Shown: positions 1-11,259, numbered from the stretch's first letter. The stretch: DNA of 64,000 bases from Kofleriaceae bacterium (GCA_965215005.1 CBDCCZ010000003.1:192001-256000); one strand, 5' to 3'. Notes: generated from the sequence alone by a model not told the origin. Translations and numbers: made by a program.

Positions 1-193
1 GCCTAGCCATTGGACGCGCCGCGCGGGGCGCGTGCGCCGCGGCGACGAGCTCTGCGCCGCAGCCGCCACAGTAGTGATCGCGGGCTTCGTTGGCGAAGGC
101 ACACCCGCCGCATACCTGGCGCAAGGATGAGCCGCAGTCGCCACAGTAGCGGCGACGGTCATCATTCTCGCGACTACATTGCATGCAATTCAT
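1..193 (-). CDS. Double zinc-ribbon (DZR) protein, running off the left edge (partial)
   Basis: Manual translation from the ATG at 193 gives MNCMQCSRENDDRRRYCGDCGSSLRQVCGGCAFANEARDHYCGGCG, with four CxxC pairs. ATGA overlap with the upstream response regulator stop. Absent from the ORF track because no stop lies in the window. Confidence 0.8.
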   Translation of the reverse strand, partial: MNCMQCSRENDDRRRYCGDCGSSLRQVCGGCAFANEARDHYCGGCGAELVAAAHAPRAARPMAR

Positions 194-591
194 CGAGCCG
201 CCTCCGACGCCGCCGCTGGGGCTTGACCAATGCGAGTGAGCAGATGGCGAATGACGCCCACGACTTTGTCGGGCTTGAACGGCTTGAGCAGGTAATGGCT
301 CACGCCGGCCTTCTGACACGCGACGATCTTTTCGCGCACCGTGAGCGAGGTGCACATCACCACCACCGCGTCGGGATACTTCTGCAGCAGCTCGGTAGCG
401 GCGGTGACGCCGTCTTTGCCCGGCATCACGATGTCCATCGTGACGATGGTCGGGCGATAGCGCTCATAGAGCCCCATCGCATCGTCGCCACTGCCGCCTT
501 CGGCCACCACCTGGCAGCCAGCCTGCTCCAGGAGCGGCCGCAGAGATCGGCGCATGATGGGCGAATCGTCGATGACAACGGCGGTGGGCAT
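190..591 (-). CDS. Single-domain response regulator (CheY-like receiver)
   Basis: VVIDDS acidic pocket, MDIVMP phospho-Asp and KPF motif; AGGAGG RBS upstream. Confidence 0.92.
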   Translation of the reverse strand: MPTAVVIDDSPIMRRSLRPLLEQAGCQVVAEGGSGDDAMGLYERYRPTIVTMDIVMPGKDGVTAATELLQKYPDAVVVMCTSLTVREKIVACQKAGVSHYLLKPFKPDKVVGVIRHLLTRIGQAPAAASEAAR

Positions 592-707
592 GGATCGAAG
601 TACCTCCTGAGCACTCGCAACGCGAGAAGGCGCGTGGCTCGCATGGAGGAATCGGTCGTTTGCCGCGTAGGTTTAGCGCCGCTTTGCGATTCTCTGCGGC
701 GTAAGCG

Positions 708-3700
708 CTATTGCCCGAGTCGGCGCGCGTAGGGATCGCCGTTGATGCGGCTTTGCGAGCGAAAGTCGATCCATCCGATTACAGCGGCGCGCATAAACCC
801 ACCACCGGTGGCGCGCGTGATCACCGGACTCAGCGCCTTGCCGGCGCCTTCATCGATGCGCTGATGCGTGAAGCTCCAGCTCATTCCAGCATCGATCGAG
901 CTGGTCGCAAACACGTGCTCGGTGGTGGTGCCTTGGCCGAGATCGCTCGTGTATGCGAGCACCACCACGTCGCCGCCGGCGTAGGCGATTGCCGGCCGCC
1001 GCGTCACGCCTACGAGCGGCATGCCCTCGGCCGAGGACGCGAGCAGCGGGTTAGCGAAGCTAGCGCCGCCGTCGGTCGAGGTACTGGTGAAGATCTGCGT
1101 CCCCTGCCGCCGGTCCTCCCATGCCACGAAGATACGGTCGTCAGCGCCGCCAGCACCCGCGGGGTCGACCGCGAGCGCTGGAGTGAACGACGCGGAGACT
1201 TCGCCGGCCGGATCATCGAGAACGCGCTCACTGCCAAAGCTTGCGCCGGCATCCGTGGAGCGTACGAACATCGCATCGGAGCCGCCCCCCTGCTGCCGCG
1301 CCAGGTCCTGCCACACCACGTAAACGCGATTGCCGGTGACGTTCATCTTGGGAAAGTCACTGTTGCGATTATCGCCCGCGTCGCCGTCGAGCCGGCGCTC
1401 GTTGGCCGCAGGGATGGCGGCCGTTGCGCTGTCGGAGAACGCGGCGTAGACGTTGGGAGTTGCGCCGCCGCGCGCCTCCCGCCAAACCCAAATGAAGCGC
1501 CCGCCGCTGGTGATACCAACCTGCGGCCTGCCAGCCAGCGGCGATGCACCACTGCCGACGTTGATGGTTCGCGCCGCCGCGTAGGTCGCGCCGCTATCGG
1601 TGGAAACGCGGCTCACGATGTTGCGCGTGAGCGTACCGGTGTTCAGCGCCTCCCACACGATAGCCACGGTGGCGCCGTCAGCGCTGATTGCAAGCTCGTG
1701 ATGGAACGCATCGACGGGACCGTCGAGCGCCGCGGTCGGAGCCGAAAAGCTGCTGCCGTTGTCACTCGAGGTTTGCACGCGTATATCGCGGACGCCGCCG
1801 TTGACGCTTTGGTAGGCAATGTAGATGCGATCGCTGCCCGCCGCCGGCGCCACCGCGATGCGCGGCTGTACCGCGGCGTTGTTGACGCTGGAGGTGAGGT
1901 TGATGATGTCGCCCCAGCTGGCGCCGCCGTCGGTGGAGCGGCGAAAGAAGATGTCGCTGGTGCCATTGGTGAGATCCGACCAAACCGCATACACGCGTTG
2001 GCCGACGGGCGAGCCACCGGAGGCCAAGGTCAAGTCGAAGCTATGGCGTGCCCCCGCAGCGGTGCCGAGCGCGCCGCCGGCCGCATCGAGTCGAACCTCG
2101 CCCGCAACGGTCGTGCAGCCTTCGCCGGCGTCGCCCTGACCATCACAGTCGCTGTCGGCGCCGTCGCCACAGATGTCGACCTCATCGACGATTTGCCCAC
2201 GGCAGACGCCGTAGACGCCAAAGGTGCAGGTTTGATTGCCGCTTACGCACTCGCCGATGCCAGCGGTTCCAGGGGTGCCGTCGTAGCAAGCGCGAACCAG
2301 GGGGCCACCAGCGGCGGCTTCGTCGATGGTGGCGTCGCAGTCGTCATCGCGGTTGTTGCAAGCTTCGGCCCGCGGAAGCGTCTGACCGACGCACGCGCCT
2401 TCAAAGCGGCCAGCGATGCACGCTTGCTCACCACCGCGGCACTCGCCCACTCCTTCGGTGCCGGCGGCGCCGGTGTAGCAAGCGCGAGTCACCCCCTCGT
2501 CGGCGGAGCCATCGCAGTCATCATCGACTGCATTGCAGACCTCGCTCGTTGGTCCCGGCGCGCCCATGCAGACCAGCCCGCCGCGAGAGCAAATGAGCTG
2601 GCCGCTGTTGGTGCACGCACCGGTTGCCACCCCACCCGGCGCGCTGTTGCACGCGCCCCCGGTATCGACGAGATTGTCATCAGCGACGCCATTGCAGTCG
2701 TTGTCGATCGAGTCGCAAATTTCGACTCCGGCGTTGGAGATGTTGCACGCGTACTCACACCCGTCGACGCTGCGGCCGTTGGCGTCATGAAAGCCGGGAT
2801 TGCAGTCGCGCGCTGGATCGAACGTGCAAGCGCCTGCGACGCAAGATGGGCTCGCGTTGGCAAATCGGCACACGGCTCCGCATTGCCCGCAGTTGCGGAC
2901 ATCGGTTTGGAGATCGAAGGCTTCATCGACGGCGCCATCGCAGTCGTTATCGACCAAGTCACACGCCTCTTGTCCGCCATTGGACGCGCTGCAGCGATAC
3001 TCACAGCCGTTGGCTTGCTGGCCGTCGATGTCGAAGAACCCCGGATTGCAGTCGGTTTGGCCATCGAAGGCGCAGACGCCCGCTCGGCATTCCGCGCCGG
3101 TTACTTGAAAGAATCCGCAGACCCGGCCGCACTGACCACAGTTGTTCTCATCGCCTTGCAAGTCAAACGCCTCATCGAGCTCGCCATCGCAGTCGTTGTC
3201 GATGCCATCGCAGGCTTCTTCCCCGGCGTTGGAGACAAAGCAGCGGTACTCGCAGCCGTTCGAGCTCTCATACGCGCCGGCGGTATCGCCATCGAGATCG
3301 ATGTTGCCGGGAAAACAACCGACGAGCTCACAAGCACCCTCGTTGCAAGTGCTGATGGCGCCGCTTCGATCGCAGAGGTTGCCGCAAGCGCCGCAGTGGC
3401 GAACATCGGCGGTTAAGTCGAAGGCTTCGTCGATCTGGCCGTCGCAGTCGTTGTCGAGCTCGTCGCACGCCTCGGGGAACACCACGCCGCGATCGCAATC
3501 TGCGATGCTGGCGTCGCCGCCGGCTCCTGCGTCGCCGCCCGAGCTCGTCCCACTATCGCCATTGCCAGCACCAGCGTCGCTCGAAGCGCCGGGCGCTGGA
3601 CAGTTGATGCAGTACTCGCTCACGTCGCAGCCGGAAACCAGAAGGCCGCAAACCGCGAGCATCACGAGCCAGCCGCGCCTTCGCCGCCGAGGCAGCGCCA

Positions 3701-6353
3701 AGGCCCAGAGAGCGATTCCCAGCGCCCACAGCGCACTGGGCGCACCGCCGCCAGCGCTGCAACCGCCGCCGCCCGCCGCCGTGACATATTCCGCCGGCGG
3801 CCCCGCGTCGGCAGAGTCGGGCCGGGCGAAGCAGTCGCCACCAGCACACAGCTGATCGCCTGGGCAGACGACTCCAAAGCAGGGATCTTCGACACACGCC
3901 CCCGTCTCTGGATCACAGGCCTCGTCCTCACCACACCTCACGCCCAGACACGAACTGATGACGCACTGGCCGCTCGCCCGGTCGCACACCTGGTCGATGG
4001 AGCAGTCGACGCTGCAGCCGGTCGCTTCGCACGCGCCGTCGACGCAGCGCTCCGCGACGTCGCAGTCGATTCCGGCGCAGCTGCCAACGCACTCGCCGCG
4101 ACGACAGAAGGCGTCGTCCTCGCAGCTCACCTCGAAGCACGGATCGCTCACGCAGGTGCCGGCTCGACACAGCTCATCTGCTGCGCAGATGCCGTCGACG
4201 AACTCGCAGGTGTTGGGCACGCACGCGCCATCCCGCGGCCGGCACACCAAGTCGGCCGCGCAGCTGACGCGGTCGCAAAGTGGCGTGCAGACGCCCTCGA
4301 TGCATTGGGTTGGCTCGCCGGCCTGATTGGGCACGCACGTGACGCCAAAACACGGATTCTGCACGCAGAACCCGTTTTCGCAGACGCGGCCGATAGGACA
4401 CTGGAACTCGCCCTCGGCGCACGCGGTCGCGCACTCGCCGGCCTCGCACACCCCGCCTTGGCACAAATCGCCATCGTCGATCACGCCGTCGCAGTCATCA
4501 TCTAGACCGTTGCAGATCTCGGTGCCGGCGGTGACGCCGCCAACGCACTGCAGCTCGCCAGCGATGCACGCCAGCTGCCCCGGCTCGCACACGCCGGGCC
4601 CATCGCCGCAGGTGCCACCCGCGTCTGCTGGCATTTCATCGATGATCCCATCGCAGTCATCGTCATCGCCGTTGCATAGCTCGATCGTACCGGTCACCGC
4701 GCCATCGCAGACCGGGCCGCTCGCGGTGCAAACGGTTACGCCGGGCTCGCAAATGCCGACGCTGGTACCGCAAGGCTGGCCGACATCGACGGGCGACTCA
4801 TCCACGCTTCCATCGCAGTCGTTGTCGCGGGTGTCGCAGGTTTCCGGAACCGGACCAACTTCGCCCGCGCAGTCCAAGGTGCCGCCAATGCAGATGGTCT
4901 CCCCCAGCTCACAGGTGCCGCGATCGGTGACGCCGCAGCTCTGGCCAACATCGATCGGCGCATCATCGATGACCGCATCGCAGTCGTTGTCGAGGCCATC
5001 GCAACGCTCGGGGCTCGGCCCTACGTCGCCGGTGCAGGTCGGCGCGCCGGCGACGCACGCCAGCGTGCCCGGAGAGCACTCGCCGAGGCTCGAGCCGCAG
5101 CTACCGCCAACATCAATGGGCGACTCGTCGACCATCCCATCGCAGTCGTCGTCGCTGCCGTTGCAGCGCTCGAGATTGGGGCCGGTGTCGTCGCTGCAGC
5201 TGAGCGCTCCGGCGGTGCAGACCTCAACGCCTTCCTGGCATAGGTCGGCGTCGGGGCCATCGCACGGGGCACCGGTGCCACTGGGGTTGTCGTCGATGGC
5301 ATTGTTGCAGTTGTTGTCGAGGCCATCACAAACCTCCGGTGACGGCGCCACTACCGAGGCGCACTGCAGCTCTGCTTGCTGGCAAATGGTCTCGCCGGCG
5401 CGGCATTCGCCAAATACGGCACCGTCGGAACAGGTTAGGTCGACGTTATCGCACTGACACGGCTCGCCCTCGCCGGTGAGGTCGGGGTCATCGACATCGA
5501 CCAAGTCATCGCAGTCGTTGTCGATGCCGTCGCAGACTTCGACCGTGGGCACGCACGGCGGCGTGAGACCATCGACGCCGATCATCATGTCTTCGAAGTC
5601 GTTGTCGCCGCCGCGAAACAGATCTTCGAAGCCAAAGTAAAATGTATCGGCGTCGAGCGCCGAGCTGTAGACGAGGTGGTGAACGAAGTCGCCATCGTCA
5701 TTAAGATCTTTTTGCGTAAAGTAGATCCGCCCAAAGAAAACATCCGCGCGGGTGAGATAATCGGCATCGCCGCAGCGGCCGCCGTTGCCCTCGGGTGTGA
5801 TGAGATAGAAGCCGATGAAGCCGCCGTCGTATCGGCCAGCGGCTTGCTCCGCCGCGAAGTCGACGGTGATCATCGCGGGAGGCTCGGCGTTGCGAACGTA
5901 CTGCGCGGGATTGCCGTGCTGATGGTCGGCGTGCGCCGCGGGATTGGCGGGATCATAGGCGTGGTTCTGCATCGGCGTCCCGCAGCCGAGAATGGGATGC
6001 AGGTTGCTGGCGCGCCCGACGAGGCTGCTCACGTCATCGCCGACGTTGTACCAACCAAAGCTGTTCTCGAAGCCAGCGCCTTCGGCGTGGTCGCGGAAGA
6101 CCACCGGCTGGGCGACGTTGGGCAAGAAGACCTCGGGCAACTCGGCAGCGTCTAGGCGAGCGTTCAACGGCTCGCCTAAAGAGTTGAGTACCGCTTGCAA
6201 GCGGTTGCCGACTGGAATGATGGTGCCGTCGACTTGCGTGATAGTGGCGTGCGCTGCGCTCAGACCGATAACGATCGAGCCCAGCGACGCGAGCGCCGCG
6301 TGCCTGCGTGTCCCCACCCGCGCAGGATACGACGTCGCGACCACTGGCCTCAA
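708..6353 (-). CDS. Giant Cys-rich surface protein: signal peptide, DUF4114-like domain, CDGxDNDCDG repeats, internal MYXO-CTERM plus lipobox, more Cys repeats, Asp-box (BNR) beta-propeller
   Basis: FGFEDLFRGGDNDFED; many E-x-C-[DN]-G-x-D-[ND]-D-C-D repeats; GGGGCS-TM-RRRRR-TM-LVSGC; six SxDxGx[ST][WFY] Asp boxes at the C-terminus. Confidence 0.88.
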   Translation of the reverse strand: MRPVVATSYPARVGTRRHAALASLGSIVIGLSAAHATITQVDGTIIPVGNRLQAVLNSLGEPLNARLDAAELPEVFLPNVAQPVVFRDHAEGAGFENSFGWYNVGDDVSSLVGRASNLHPILGCGTPMQNHAYDPANPAAHADHQHGNPAQYVRNAEPPAMITVDFAAEQAAGRYDGGFIGFYLITPEGNGGRCGDADYLTRADVFFGRIYFTQKDLNDDGDFVHHLVYSSALDADTFYFGFEDLFRGGDNDFEDMMIGVDGLTPPCVPTVEVCDGIDNDCDDLVDVDDPDLTGEGEPCQCDNVDLTCSDGAVFGECRAGETICQQAELQCASVVAPSPEVCDGLDNNCNNAIDDNPSGTGAPCDGPDADLCQEGVEVCTAGALSCSDDTGPNLERCNGSDDDCDGMVDESPIDVGGSCGSSLGECSPGTLACVAGAPTCTGDVGPSPERCDGLDNDCDAVIDDAPIDVGQSCGVTDRGTCELGETICIGGTLDCAGEVGPVPETCDTRDNDCDGSVDESPVDVGQPCGTSVGICEPGVTVCTASGPVCDGAVTGTIELCNGDDDDCDGIIDEMPADAGGTCGDGPGVCEPGQLACIAGELQCVGGVTAGTEICNGLDDDCDGVIDDGDLCQGGVCEAGECATACAEGEFQCPIGRVCENGFCVQNPCFGVTCVPNQAGEPTQCIEGVCTPLCDRVSCAADLVCRPRDGACVPNTCEFVDGICAADELCRAGTCVSDPCFEVSCEDDAFCRRGECVGSCAGIDCDVAERCVDGACEATGCSVDCSIDQVCDRASGQCVISSCLGVRCGEDEACDPETGACVEDPCFGVVCPGDQLCAGGDCFARPDSADAGPPAEYVTAAGGGGCSAGGGAPSALWALGIALWALALPRRRRRGWLVMLAVCGLLVSGCDVSEYCINCPAPGASSDAGAGNGDSGTSSGGDAGAGGDASIADCDRGVVFPEACDELDNDCDGQIDEAFDLTADVRHCGACGNLCDRSGAISTCNEGACELVGCFPGNIDLDGDTAGAYESSNGCEYRCFVSNAGEEACDGIDNDCDGELDEAFDLQGDENNCGQCGRVCGFFQVTGAECRAGVCAFDGQTDCNPGFFDIDGQQANGCEYRCSASNGGQEACDLVDNDCDGAVDEAFDLQTDVRNCGQCGAVCRFANASPSCVAGACTFDPARDCNPGFHDANGRSVDGCEYACNISNAGVEICDSIDNDCNGVADDNLVDTGGACNSAPGGVATGACTNSGQLICSRGGLVCMGAPGPTSEVCNAVDDDCDGSADEGVTRACYTGAAGTEGVGECRGGEQACIAGRFEGACVGQTLPRAEACNNRDDDCDATIDEAAAGGPLVRACYDGTPGTAGIGECVSGNQTCTFGVYGVCRGQIVDEVDICGDGADSDCDGQGDAGEGCTTVAGEVRLDAAGGALGTAAGARHSFDLTLASGGSPVGQRVYAVWSDLTNGTSDIFFRRSTDGGASWGDIINLTSSVNNAAVQPRIAVAPAAGSDRIYIAYQSVNGGVRDIRVQTSSDNGSSFSAPTAALDGPVDAFHHELAISADGATVAIVWEALNTGTLTRNIVSRVSTDSGATYAAARTINVGSGASPLAGRPQVGITSGGRFIWVWREARGGATPNVYAAFSDSATAAIPAANERRLDGDAGDNRNSDFPKMNVTGNRVYVVWQDLARQQGGGSDAMFVRSTDAGASFGSERVLDDPAGEVSASFTPALAVDPAGAGGADDRIFVAWEDRRQGTQIFTSTSTDGGASFANPLLASSAEGMPLVGVTRRPAIAYAGGDVVVLAYTSDLGQGTTTEHVFATSSIDAGMSWSFTHQRIDEGAGKALSPVITRATGGGFMRAAVIGWIDFRSQSRINGDPYARRLGQ

Positions 6354-6402
6354 TGCGCAGGGCGCACTCGCTGCGCGCTGCCGCGTTCACCACGCTCCCG
6401 CG

Positions 6403-7578
6403 TCAGTAGCCGATGCCGGTGGTGGCGGCCTGCTCGCGCAGCATCTCGACCACGTTGCCATCGAAGCTGTCGCCGCCATCATTGGCCTCTTCGGCTTCGA
6501 CGTGCGCGTCTCGCTTGGCGCTCAGCTCTTCGATGCGACCCGTGAGGGCGGCGCGTTTAGCCGCTTTCTCCGCAATCCAAGCGCGCTTTTCGCTCGCGCT
6601 TTTGCTGGCCAGCTCGGCTGGCAGCGCGGTGGCCGGCAAGGATTCCACCGCAACGCGGCCACGGCGCGTGTCGTAGAGGAGATCCTTGCTGCCGACATAT
6701 CCGCCCTTCTTGGCGGCAAACGAAGCCGCATCCGCCGCCGCCGGAGCCGCCATGGCTTTGCGTGCTTCGCGCGCTCCCTCGGCGCGGCGTCGATCGTCGG
6801 CGGCACCATAGGTCACAGCGGTATCTGCGAGCTCGACGCCAAGGCGTGCAAGCTCCTCATCGTAGGGCGTGGCAACGGCGATGGCGCCGCCATCGTGCGC
6901 GATCGACGCAAACTTGCCGCCACCCGCTTCGGCAATCGCTCTCCAAGCGAGCTCGGTGAGCGCATCGCCTCCGCAGCGCAGCGTGTTGATAACGATGTTG
7001 TGTTGTCGTGCAAGCACCGCCAGCTCGCGACTGGTCGGTACATCGTCGTAGTCATCGTGAGGCGGCGCATCGCCCACCAAGAAGATCAGCTTGAGCGTGT
7101 TGCCGTCGCGCCATTGCATGCCGTGGATTGCGTCGTAAAGGCCGCGATTGACGTGCTCGGGGCCATCGCCGCCGCCGCCCGCCGCGAGACCCGAGAGCTG
7201 TTGATAGACCTCGCCGGGATCTTCGCTGAGCGCCACCGTGCGGGTGATGTAGTCATCGCCCTTGTCGCGGAATGCCACCAGGCCGAAGCGAACATCGGGC
7301 TCGGGCTGACCCGCGGCGATCTTGTTGGCAACCGACCAGACTTTGCGCTTGGCGCTGTCGATGAGGCCACTCATGCTCGCGGTGGTATCCAGCACGAACA
7401 CCACGTCGACCTGCGGGGCAGGCGCCTTCGGTTTGACGGCGGCAAGCAGCCGAGGCGCAACGGCGACATCGGAGAGGGCTATGCGCTGGGGCTGGGGCTC
7501 TGCGGCCAAGACTAGGACCGTGACCGCGGCGGAAACGAAAATGACGCTGATGAGAGCGAGGCCTCGATGGGTGTGCAC
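6403..7578 (-). CDS. Secreted or membrane-anchored vWA domain protein
   Basis: VDVVFVLDTTASMS MIDAS-like motif, GGGDGPE and LVGDAPPH; N-terminal hydrophobic segment; GTG at 7578 preceded by GAGGA. Confidence 0.85.
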   Translation of the reverse strand: MHTHRGLALISVIFVSAAVTVLVLAAEPQPQRIALSDVAVAPRLLAAVKPKAPAPQVDVVFVLDTTASMSGLIDSAKRKVWSVANKIAAGQPEPDVRFGLVAFRDKGDDYITRTVALSEDPGEVYQQLSGLAAGGGGDGPEHVNRGLYDAIHGMQWRDGNTLKLIFLVGDAPPHDDYDDVPTSRELAVLARQHNIVINTLRCGGDALTELAWRAIAEAGGGKFASIAHDGGAIAVATPYDEELARLGVELADTAVTYGAADDRRRAEGAREARKAMAAPAAADAASFAAKKGGYVGSKDLLYDTRRGRVAVESLPATALPAELASKSASEKRAWIAEKAAKRAALTGRIEELSAKRDAHVEAEEANDGGDSFDGNVVEMLREQAATTGIGY

Positions 7579-7689
7579 TGGTTCCTCACAGGTTTGAGTG
7601 GGGTTTGGGTGTGAGGAGTGCAACGCGTGGGCAAGCCACAAGATCTGCCATGGCTCGATCCGGCTTCTGTATTGCTCGGCTCGCGACGC

Positions 7690-7695
7690 TATAAT
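7690..7695 (+). promoter_or_regulatory. Consensus -10 box (TATAAT) 6 nt before an ATG; probable leaderless promoter
   Basis: gcTATAATcgcgagATG, with no Shine-Dalgarno sequence. Confidence 0.5.
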
Positions 7696-7701
7696 CGCGA
7701 G

Positions 7702-7878
7702 ATGGCGACTTGCAAAGCATGCGATGACGAGGTCGACACTCTAGTAACCGTGAAGGTGGGCAAACGGAGCCAGAAGGTCTGCGAAGACTGCGCCGACCGC
7801 ATGCGCGAAGCTGCCGAGCTCGCCGAAGAAGGCGAAGCGGCGATGCAGACCATGATGGGTTTCAAGGGCCGCTGGTAG
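7702..7878 (+). CDS. Small (58 aa) putative zinc-binding protein
   Basis: MATCKAC...VCEDC (two CxxC) followed by a helical acidic tail; fills an intergenic gap. Confidence 0.7.
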   Translation: MATCKACDDEVDTLVTVKVGKRSQKVCEDCADRMREAAELAEEGEAAMQTMMGFKGRW

Positions 7879-7886
7879 CGCTGCTA

Positions 7887-8813
7887 CTAGCTTGGCCGCG
7901 CGAAGACCGATAGCCGCAGCGCCGCGGTTGGATCGTCTTCGGGAAAATCGAGGCCGCTGGTGCCGCGCCAGAGCGGCTGCAGCGGTATCTCCACGGTTTT
8001 CAGCACGGCACGCTCGAGCTGCTCGTGGCTCTGGCCGCGGTCGTGAAACAAGCACAGCATCCAGCCACCGGGGGTGAGCATTCGCGCAACCAGCGGGGCA
8101 ATCGCTGCGGGGCCGCGACCGCCGGGGCTGTTATCGCTGGCGCGGCCAAAGAACGAGAGCGGCGGCGCGTCGATGATGACGCCATCGAACCGCTGGCGAC
8201 TGGCGCCGAGCTTGCGCAGGTGTTGGTAAAGATTCACGCGCATGAGGCAGCGATCGTCGATCGGCAGCTCGTTGAGCTCGTGATTGGCGCGGCACAGCTC
8301 GAGCGCGCTGGCTTGGGTGTCGACGTGCACCACCTCGCGAGCGCCGCCCACGGCGGCGGCGATCCCAAGGCTGCCGGCAAACGCAAACAGGTTGAGGACC
8401 CGGCGGCTGGCGCTGTTGGCGGTGATCCAGCGGCGCGCCTCGCGCGCGTCGAGAAACAATCCAGGATTGCCGACTCGCCATGGCTCGATGAGAAAGCGCG
8501 CCGACCCTTCTCGAACCACGAGGCGAGCGGCGGGAACCGAGCCGCGTAGGGCATCGGGGGCCGAGCGCCGCGTCTTGCTCAGCACCACGTCGAAGCGCCG
8601 CTGGGTATCGAGCGCCTCGAGCACGCGGGGCAGCGCGGAGGCGGTGTGCGCGCGATAGCCGATCAATACCAGCTCACCGTAGCGATCAATCTCGATGCCG
8701 CGCTCGCCCTCGGTCCAGCCGTGGAACAGTCGATAGGCGGTGGTGTCGCTGTCGTGCAACGCTTGGCGGCGTTGCCAGGCGCTACCGATTGCCTGCTGCC
8801 AATCGACCTCCAC
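7887..8813 (-). CDS. Class I SAM-dependent methyltransferase, RlmI/RlmK-like
   Basis: YRLFHG, GLFLDAREAR, VLNLFAFAGS and IIDAPP motifs. Confidence 0.85.
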   Translation of the reverse strand: MEVDWQQAIGSAWQRRQALHDSDTTAYRLFHGWTEGERGIEIDRYGELVLIGYRAHTASALPRVLEALDTQRRFDVVLSKTRRSAPDALRGSVPAARLVVREGSARFLIEPWRVGNPGLFLDAREARRWITANSASRRVLNLFAFAGSLGIAAAVGGAREVVHVDTQASALELCRANHELNELPIDDRCLMRVNLYQHLRKLGASRQRFDGVIIDAPPLSFFGRASDNSPGGRGPAAIAPLVARMLTPGGWMLCLFHDRGQSHEQLERAVLKTVEIPLQPLWRGTSGLDFPEDDPTAALRLSVFARPS

Positions 8814-8814
8814 G

Positions 8815-9909
8815 TTAGACGTTGAACAAGAAGTGCAAGACGTCGCCGTCGACGACTTGATACTCCTTGCCCTCGACCCGCAGCTTGCCCGCAGCCTTCA
8901 AAGCCGCTTCGGTGCCGTACTGCTCGAGCGCCTCGATGGTGTAGACCTGGGCGCGGATGAAGCCCTTCTCGAAGTCAGTGTGAATCACCCCGGCTGCCTC
9001 GGGCGCCTTTGCTCCCTTGCGAATCGTCCACGCGCGAATTTCTTTTTCGCCGGCGGTGAAATAGCTCTGCAGGCCGAGCAGCTCATAGCAAGCTCGGATG
9101 AGGGCGTTGAGACTCGGCTCCTGAAGGCCATAGCTCGCGAGTAGCTCCAGCTTATCGGCGGCATCCAGACCGGAGAGCTCTTCTTCGATCTTGCCGCACA
9201 CCACCACCACCCCCGCGCCGACCTTCTCGGCATAGCCGCGAACGGCATCGACGTAGGCGTTGCCCTCCGGCAGATCCTCTTCGCCGACGTTACAGCAGTA
9301 CAAGACCGGCTTGTTGGTGAGCAGCTGGAAGTCGCGCAGCAGCGGCGCTTCGTCGTCGCCAACCTCAACCGTGCGAGCCGATGTTCCTGCCTCGAGATGG
9401 GCTTTGACCCGCTCGACGAGCGCCAGCTCGGCCTTGGCCTCTTTGGCGCCGGTCTTGGCCTGCCCTTGCACCCGTTTGAGGCGCTTTTCGACGGTCTCGA
9501 GGTCAGCAAGCGCCAGCTCGAGCTCGATGACTTCGATATCGCGCATGGGATCGACGCTGCCGTCAACGTGCACGACGTTGGGATCTTCGAAACAGCGCAC
9601 CAACATCAAGATGGCGTTGGTCTCGCGAATGTTGGCCAAGAACTTGTTGCCAAGCCCCTCGCCCTTGGATGCCCCTTTGACGAGGCCGGCGATGTCGACG
9701 ATCTCGACCACCGCGGGGATGATCTTTTGCGTCTTGATGTGCTTTTGAATTCGCTCGAGGCGAGCATCGGGCACCGGCACGATGCCGACATTGGGATCGA
9801 TGGTGCAGAACGGATAGTTCGCACTCTCGGCACCGCCGGCGGTCAAGGCATTGAAGATGGTCGACTTGCCAACGTTGGGCAGACCGACGATTCCGACACT
9901 CAAAGACAT
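8815..9909 (-). CDS. ychF: Redox-regulated ATPase YchF
   Basis: [42 protein letters not shown] and [16 protein letters not shown]. Confidence 0.98.
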   Translation of the reverse strand: MSLSVGIVGLPNVGKSTIFNALTAGGAESANYPFCTIDPNVGIVPVPDARLERIQKHIKTQKIIPAVVEIVDIAGLVKGASKGEGLGNKFLANIRETNAILMLVRCFEDPNVVHVDGSVDPMRDIEVIELELALADLETVEKRLKRVQGQAKTGAKEAKAELALVERVKAHLEAGTSARTVEVGDDEAPLLRDFQLLTNKPVLYCCNVGEEDLPEGNAYVDAVRGYAEKVGAGVVVVCGKIEEELSGLDAADKLELLASYGLQEPSLNALIRACYELLGLQSYFTAGEKEIRAWTIRKGAKAPEAAGVIHTDFEKGFIRAQVYTIEALEQYGTEAALKAAGKLRVEGKEYQVVDGDVLHFLFNV

Positions 9910-9969
9910 ACGCGACTTCCTCGACTGAAATGAGCGAGCACAACCAATGAACTACCGCGAATGGCGCCG

Positions 9970-11250
<1,281 letters not shown>

Positions 11251-11259
11251 GACGTGCTC

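Noticed and set aside
711..5457. Long plus-strand ORFs (901, 376, 237 aa) opposite the giant gene, and similar ones at 5992, 10741 and 56141
   Set aside because: Antisense shadows expected from high-GC codon bias; no recognisable motifs.
2330..5560. Recurring TCGCAGTCGTTGTC units resembling a CRISPR array
   Set aside because: They encode the DNDCD protein repeats, are degenerate at third positions, are spaced too widely, and no cas genes are present.
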